A stretch of DNA of 20,000 bases from an uncultured virus (IMG/VR IMGVR_UViG_3300005533_000011). Taxonomy: Duplodnaviria; Heunggongvirae; Uroviricota; Caudoviricetes. Below, one piece after another: positions 15,090 to 20,000 of this stretch (positions are counted from its first letter, which is position 1; the number at the start of each line of letters is the position of its first letter). The position numbers and the translations under genes are program-made. The stretch lies in the IMG/VR virus record IMGVR_UViG_3300005533_000011; one strand, given 5' to 3'. The notes beneath the pieces were generated by a model. The model did no database searches. It was given only the letters and a program-made list of their open reading frames with translations, and had not been told where the DNA came from.

Positions 15090-15414
15090 CGGGCGGCGGT
15101 GCGAGGATCATCACTGCCATGCCTACCATTGCGAGACGCACGTGCCCCCGGAGATGCTCATGTGCGGCAAGCACTGGTGGATGGTGCCCCCGGAGATCCG
15201 GGATTGGGTCTGGAAGACCTATCGTCCCGGACAGTGTGACGACATGAACCCGAGCCCGGAGTGGATGAAGGCCGCGCAGGCCGCGCGCGACGCGGTCCTC
15301 GCCGCGGAACGCGTCCTCTGCCAGCGGAAGCACGGGCCAGCGTGCGGCTGCTGGAACGGGAAGAAGGCCGCGACGGCACCGCCGAAGCCGGTTCAGGGAG
15401 ACCTCTTCCAATGA
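15073..15414 (+). CDS. Cys/His-rich phage protein
   Basis: HHCHAYHC...VPPEMLMCGKHW.MVP; ends QGDLFQ. Confidence 0.75.
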   Translation: MTTTSDGRRCEDHHCHAYHCETHVPPEMLMCGKHWWMVPPEIRDWVWKTYRPGQCDDMNPSPEWMKAAQAARDAVLAAERVLCQRKHGPACGCWNGKKAATAPPKPVQGDLFQ

Positions 15415-15773
15415 AGACCGAGACCTCCAGCCTCGACTTGCAGGTGGCCGAGAAGGTCTTCGGATTCCGAAAGGATTCCGACGGCTACTGGCGATCCCCC
15501 GACGGGAACGATGCCATCAACGAGAGCCACCGGATTTTCACCAAGGACTACGAGAACGCGCTCAAGGTCCTGGACGAGCTCCGGCGCCGCGGATACCGCA
15601 TCCTCATCAACATGGACCGGGGAGGATTCCATCTCCGTCAGGTGACTTGGGTCCATCATAATGCGATCAAGAAGGAAGCCGAGTACGTCTGCAACAATGC
15701 CCTGGGGACGGCTGAGAAGCTCGAAGACCTGCCGGAGGCGATCTGCCGCGCGGCCCTAAAGCTTCTGGAATAG
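15411..15773 (+). CDS. phage ABA-sandwich-like domain protein (paralogue of 10801..11277)
   Basis: LD.QVAEKVFG...FTKD...A.KVLD...LPEAICRAAL; ATGA overlap. Confidence 0.7.
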   Translation: MKTETSSLDLQVAEKVFGFRKDSDGYWRSPDGNDAINESHRIFTKDYENALKVLDELRRRGYRILINMDRGGFHLRQVTWVHHNAIKKEAEYVCNNALGTAEKLEDLPEAICRAALKLLE

Positions 15774-15786
15774 GAAGGAGAAGCGC

Positions 15787-16539
15787 ATGAACCTGGATGA
15801 ACGGCTGGTCGATCGCCAGCGCCTCGAGAGCGCCAAGATGGAGGCCTCGCGCGAACACGCCGAATTCGTGGTGAAGGCCCATGAGACGCTCGAGGGGCTC
15901 CTGAATCTCGCGCCGGCAGCCAAGCCGACCCCCTTCAACTACCGCGGGAAGCCCCAGGAGATCGCCGAGCTCGAGGCCCAGATCTTCAAGGCCGCGAACC
16001 TCGCCTGGGCGCTCCGGACCTTTCCGATCTTCGACACGTCCTGCCTCCGGATGATGAGGAAGGAAAAGGGACTCAAGGTCCAGCTCCAAGGGCGCTGGGG
16101 TGGCGATGCGCAGCTGGATCTGGAACTCGACCTCTGGGTGCCCGTTTTTGCCATGGGGCCCCTAGGTCACGGGGTCTCCTCGAGGACGATGTTCACGCCG
16201 ACCTACGACAACTACTGCGGTCACGTCATCGAGAAGGAGATGGTCTCCGACAACCAGAGGGAGATCCAGACCAAGGTCAAGAACGGAACGACGGTCACGC
16301 TCCAGGCCCAGTGTCCGGCGATTCCCGGGGCCATCCTGAAGAACCTGGATAAGGTCTCCGGTCGCTTCGAGCGCACCGAGATCATCTGGGAGGCCAAGTG
16401 GTCGGCCTATGCGGAAGTCGACGATCCGCTCATCATCGGGACGATCGGCGCGACGAGCTTCCTGATCGACCAGTTCGACGCGACGAAGCTCGAGCGGTAC
16501 GTCATGGGCGAGTTCTGCAGGAAGCCGGTCGCCGAATGA
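15787..16539 (+). CDS. hypothetical phage protein
   Basis: AAGGAG SD; C-terminal WEA.W...DPLIIG...FLIDQFD.T.LE. Confidence 0.8.
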   Translation: MNLDERLVDRQRLESAKMEASREHAEFVVKAHETLEGLLNLAPAAKPTPFNYRGKPQEIAELEAQIFKAANLAWALRTFPIFDTSCLRMMRKEKGLKVQLQGRWGGDAQLDLELDLWVPVFAMGPLGHGVSSRTMFTPTYDNYCGHVIEKEMVSDNQREIQTKVKNGTTVTLQAQCPAIPGAILKNLDKVSGRFERTEIIWEAKWSAYAEVDDPLIIGTIGATSFLIDQFDATKLERYVMGEFCRKPVAE

Positions 16540-16829
16540 CCGACGTCTACGTGGTCCACGGCTGGAAACTGGAACAGGCCGCGCTCCGGAAGGTCATGGG
16601 TGACATGAAGCCCGAGGCCTATGAGGCGAACCTCCGGGTCGTTTTCTCGGAGAAGGGGGCCGACGCCTATCTCGGGGAGGTCCTGGCGAAGCTTCCCCAA
16701 GGCGAGACCGCGATGCAGGTCCCGGAGCTGCCGCCCGATCAGGTCGAGCGCCTGAAAAAGGGGGCCGCAGCATTCGGCATCGAAGCGCTCATGAAAAACG
16801 CGCCTCGTCTCTGGGTGGTGGCCGGGTGA
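16536..16829 (+). CDS. hypothetical protein (MTDVYVVHGW...)
   Basis: ATGA overlap. Confidence 0.7.
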   Translation: MTDVYVVHGWKLEQAALRKVMGDMKPEAYEANLRVVFSEKGADAYLGEVLAKLPQGETAMQVPELPPDQVERLKKGAAAFGIEALMKNAPRLWVVAG

Positions 16830-16832
16830 GGC

Positions 16833-17258
16833 GTGGAGAAGCAGACGAAATGTGCCGCCTGCGGGAAGACAAGGGAATCGGAAAGCGACGGTCTCACCAT
16901 GTGGGAGACCTGGTGGTGCTCGAAATGCTTCATGAGCCAGTCCCAGGAGTTCAACCGCGAACTCCGGCCGGAGGATGTCGAGCTCCTCAAGATCCTCGGG
17001 AGGGAACTTTCGGGACTCCTGCCTCCGGATCTCGTCGAGATGATCCTGGTCGGCTACCACAAGCGCTGCACCGGGAACGAATCGCTGCCGCCACGGGACG
17101 AGACGGTACGCGTCGTAGGCGAGATCCAGAGGCTTGCGGCCTTCGCGGTCTTCCGGAGGACGCTTTCCCTCCTCAAGACCTGGCAGGAAACCTTCAACGA
17201 GTTCGTCGACGGGCAGGAGGCGGAAATCCGGGAGAACATCAAGAAGCTGACCTCGTAA
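16833..17258 (+). CDS. hypothetical protein with N-terminal CxxC...CxxC
   Basis: CAAC, CSKC; GTG start. Confidence 0.75.
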   Translation: MEKQTKCAACGKTRESESDGLTMWETWWCSKCFMSQSQEFNRELRPEDVELLKILGRELSGLLPPDLVEMILVGYHKRCTGNESLPPRDETVRVVGEIQRLAAFAVFRRTLSLLKTWQETFNEFVDGQEAEIRENIKKLTS

Positions 17259-17335
17259 GTTACCGCGTTTAAAAGACAGTCGCATTCGGCGGCATTTGAA
17301 GTCACAATGGCATCGGAGGAAGGAAGGAGAACCAG

Positions 17336-18211
17336 ATGGCGAAGTTGAAACCCGTGTTGTTCGCGCTCTTCACCCTCGCCCTGTGCGCCGCGGCCGGCGT
17401 CGGGGCCATGCACCTCGCTTCGAAAGTCGAAAAGGCGAAGGGAACGCCGATTGTCCAGCTCCTCGGGATGGCGGCTTCCGGCATCGTCGCCAGCGTGATG
17501 CTCCGCATCGCCAGCGGCCGGACGAGGAGCCGTGCCGCCCAGGTCGTCGATCGGGATCCGGCCGACATCGATGAACCGGTGTCGCTTGTTCCCGGGACTT
17601 ACGAGGAATGGCGCGCCGATCTCAACAAGGCGGATGGTCCCGATGGCCTCGAGCAGTGGCTCCGGAAGTGGTCCGGCCGGGCGGTCCTCCCTAAGAAAGC
17701 CCCTCCGACTCCCGAGGATGCGGTCCAGGGATTTCAAGGACAGGTCCCTCTTTCGAGTGAGGAGCATCATCCGTGTCTCCCTGGAGTATCCGGAGCCCGC
17801 GGCATGCAGGGGTACCAAGGGGGAAGGGTCGTGAATCTTGCTCCTCCTCCTTCGGACAACGTGATCCGGTACGTCGACGGCGTGATCAAGAACGAAAAGG
17901 CCTACGATCCGTGGCCCATGCATCGGCCGATCAGGACCGGCTTGTGGGTCCGGACGCCGGACGGACGTCTCGGCATGGCGATGAATGCCGAACCTGGTGG
18001 CGGGTGGAAAATCAAGAGGGAAGGCGAGGCCAGCTGGTTCCCGATGAGCGCTCTCCGGCCTGCGCTCCCAAAGAAGGGCGAGTGTTGGACGACTCCTTCG
18101 GGAGGGCCGCGCGTCTACGAATCGGACGTCGCACTGGACCAGGACATGTTCGCCCACGCGGTCTGGGTCGGGGATCTCTATCCGGTGAACTTCGGCCGCG
18201 GACCGGCCTGA
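17336..18211 (+). CDS. membrane-anchored hypothetical protein
   Basis: GGAGGAAGGAAGGAG SD; two hydrophobic N-terminal segments; short G-X-Y run. Confidence 0.75.
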   Translation: MAKLKPVLFALFTLALCAAAGVGAMHLASKVEKAKGTPIVQLLGMAASGIVASVMLRIASGRTRSRAAQVVDRDPADIDEPVSLVPGTYEEWRADLNKADGPDGLEQWLRKWSGRAVLPKKAPPTPEDAVQGFQGQVPLSSEEHHPCLPGVSGARGMQGYQGGRVVNLAPPPSDNVIRYVDGVIKNEKAYDPWPMHRPIRTGLWVRTPDGRLGMAMNAEPGGGWKIKREGEASWFPMSALRPALPKKGECWTTPSGGPRVYESDVALDQDMFAHAVWVGDLYPVNFGRGPA

Positions 18212-18214
18212 GCC

Positions 18215-18559
18215 ATGGGCAGGAAAAAAAAGAAAGAGGAGGGACCTTCGGTGGAGACTTCGACCGCACAGGCTCCGGCCCCCGTCGTGCCCCTTCCGCC
18301 GCCGAACGGCCAGTCCAAGACGGATCCTCCGGAATTCCTGGCGAGGATCCGGCATGACGTCATCGAGTGGGCCAAAGAATGCGGTCTCAAACCGCCTTTC
18401 AACGTCTCAGGTCCCGACCGGGTGGAGTATCCCAGGCAGGGCCACGGGTACGCGTCAACGATCCAGGAGCAGACCGGCAAGTGCCGGATGGGCTCCGCCA
18501 GGTATACGGCTTCGGGTGACAGGAGCTACTGGACGATCGACGGGATCGTGACCGGATGA
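18215..18559 (+). CDS. hypothetical protein
   Basis: Tiles the gap; ATGA overlap with the ATPase. Confidence 0.7.
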   Translation: MGRKKKKEEGPSVETSTAQAPAPVVPLPPPNGQSKTDPPEFLARIRHDVIEWAKECGLKPPFNVSGPDRVEYPRQGHGYASTIQEQTGKCRMGSARYTASGDRSYWTIDGIVTG

Positions 18560-20000
18560 ACAAGATCATCCTCGGGAAGAACCAGGAGGGGAAACCGGTC
18601 GAAATCGACCTGAAGATCCTCCTGCGGACCCGCTTCCTTGTCCAGGCGGCCTCCGGGGGCGGGAAATCCCAGACGCTACGGAGGCTGGCGGAGCAGTTCT
18701 TCGGAAAAGTTCCCGTCTGGATCATCGACCGGAACGACGAATTCCCGTCACTCCGCGACAAGTTCGGCTACGTTTTCGCCGGCCCCGGCGGCGAGACGCC
18801 GATCGATCCCAGGACGGCCGAGCTCGTCTGCGAGAAGCTGCTCAAAGCGAAAGCCCCTGCCATCTTCGGCCTTTACACGCTCAAGGATCCGGATCGCCAC
18901 CTCTGGGTCAAGATCTTCGTCGAGGCGCTCATGAACGCGCCGAAGTCCCTCTGGACGAACCTCATCGTCATGATCGACGAGGCTCATAAGCTGTGTCCGG
19001 AAAAGGGCCAGGGCGAGAGCGTGGCCAAAGAAGTCGTCACCGACCTGGCGGTGGATGGACGGAAGCGCGGCTTCTGCGCCGGGTACTACACGCAGCGTCT
19101 CGGGAAGCTGTCGAAGAATGCCTCCGCCGAGCTCCTCAACCGCATGGTCGGGAAGACGATCGAGGACCTGGACGTGGACCGCGCGGTCGACCTCATGTCG
19201 GTCCGACGCCATGACCGACATGATTTCGAGGATGGCCTGAAGAAGCTGCCGCCCGGGCGCTTCTGGTGCTTCGGAGAGGCGATCTCGACCGATCGGGTGC
19301 TCGTCCAGGTGGGCGGTGTCCAGACAAAGCATCCCGAGCCTGGCGAACCCGTGCTTGAGCCGCCTCCCCTGCCCGAGAAGATGAAGGCCATCCTCCCCCA
19401 GCTGGCCGACCTGCCCAAGGAGGCCGAGCAAAAGGCGAGGACCGAGGCGGAGATGAAGAAGGAGATCGCCTCGCTCAGGGCCCAGCTGGCATCCGCTCAG
19501 CGGATCAACGTGGCCGCCGTGAAGGCCATCAAGGCTCCCGCCGCGCCGGCGCCGAAACCAGAGATCCGGACCGAGACCAAGATCGTCGAGATTCCCGCGA
19601 TTTCAGGCGATGAAGCGAAGCGGATCAACACGCTTCTCGCCCGGATGGAGAAGCTCACCAGCCGGTTTGATCCGGTCGTGCAGGTCCAGAGCGAGATCTG
19701 GAACTGCGTCAAGAAACTCAGCTCGGACCTGGCCGGTGCCGTCCAGGCAGCCGAGAAGCTGAGGAAGGCTCCTCCCGTTGTCACGAAGCCGGTTGCCCAG
19801 GCTCCCCAGCGCCCCGCGGCCGCGGCGCCGGCGGCGCCTGTCCGGGCGATCGAGCCCGTGAGCGGGCAGGATCTGTACTGGAAGCCCGGCAAGTCCCACT
19901 TGGCCATCCTGAGGGCGATCCTGGAGTTCCGGTCGATCGGCATCGAGGCTCCGACGCGCTGGCAGGTCGCCGGATGGCTGGGGCTCAAGGTGACGGGCTC
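18556..20000 (+). CDS. HerA/DUF87-like P-loop ATPase (partial, runs off the right edge)
   Basis: Frame from ATG 18556: Walker A AASGGGKS, WIID, Walker B MIDEAH, GRKRG, TQR; then coiled-coil/Ala-Pro linker; absent from the track because no stop occurs in the window. Confidence 0.85.
   Translation, partial: MNKIILGKNQEGKPVEIDLKILLRTRFLVQAASGGGKSQTLRRLAEQFFGKVPVWIIDRNDEFPSLRDKFGYVFAGPGGETPIDPRTAELVCEKLLKAKAPAIFGLYTLKDPDRHLWVKIFVEALMNAPKSLWTNLIVMIDEAHKLCPEKGQGESVAKEVVTDLAVDGRKRGFCAGYYTQRLGKLSKNASAELLNRMVGKTIEDLDVDRAVDLMSVRRHDRHDFEDGLKKLPPGRFWCFGEAISTDRVLVQVGGVQTKHPEPGEPVLEPPPLPEKMKAILPQLADLPKEAEQKARTEAEMKKEIASLRAQLASAQRINVAAVKAIKAPAAPAPKPEIRTETKIVEIPAISGDEAKRINTLLARMEKLTSRFDPVVQVQSEIWNCVKKLSSDLAGAVQAAEKLRKAPPVVTKPVAQAPQRPAAAAPAAPVRAIEPVSGQDLYWKPGKSHLAILRAILEFRSIGIEAPTRWQVAGWLGLKVTG

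Noticed and set aside
17259..17335. Promoter or terminator in the AT-richer gap
   Set aside because: Only a weak TCGCAT-17-CACAAT match and no clear hairpin with U-tract; not supportable
1..20000. Alternative genetic code or stop-codon readthrough
   Set aside because: Genes tile cleanly under code 11, with TAA, TAG and TGA all used as stops followed by new starts

Overview
GC-rich (about 64% by eye), very densely packed window. About 50 mostly small CDSs all lie on the + strand and are often joined by ATGA/GTGA/TGATG overlaps. This is typical of the accessory (early/middle) region of a large bacteriophage or prophage; no structural genes, tRNAs, CRISPR or transposases are seen. Products recognisable by motif: DUF4262-like, YihD/DUF1040-like, two HAD hydrolases (one split by a frameshift, one 5'(3')-deoxyribonucleotidase-like), a CX5R dual-specificity phosphatase, a probable ADP-ribosyltransferase-fold protein, a GNAT acetyltransferase, two phage ABA-sandwich-like proteins, an AAA+ ATPase, a YegP/DUF1508 protein, a HerA/DUF87-like ATPase running off the end, and many Cys-rich micro-proteins. 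Most notable: (1) a protein ending in di-glycine (APVVGG) abutting a Cys-containing partner, a candidate ubiquitin-like conjugation pair; (2) a 237-nt intergenic element closed by a 24-bp stem with internal helices, a candidate ncRNA; (3) a repeated promoter/dyad motif followed by leaderless GTG starts, two of which open 8-9 codon mini-ORFs that stop in an ATGA overlap with the next gene; (4) a phosphatase/ART/GNAT cluster. All family calls are by-eye motif recognition, not database searches.
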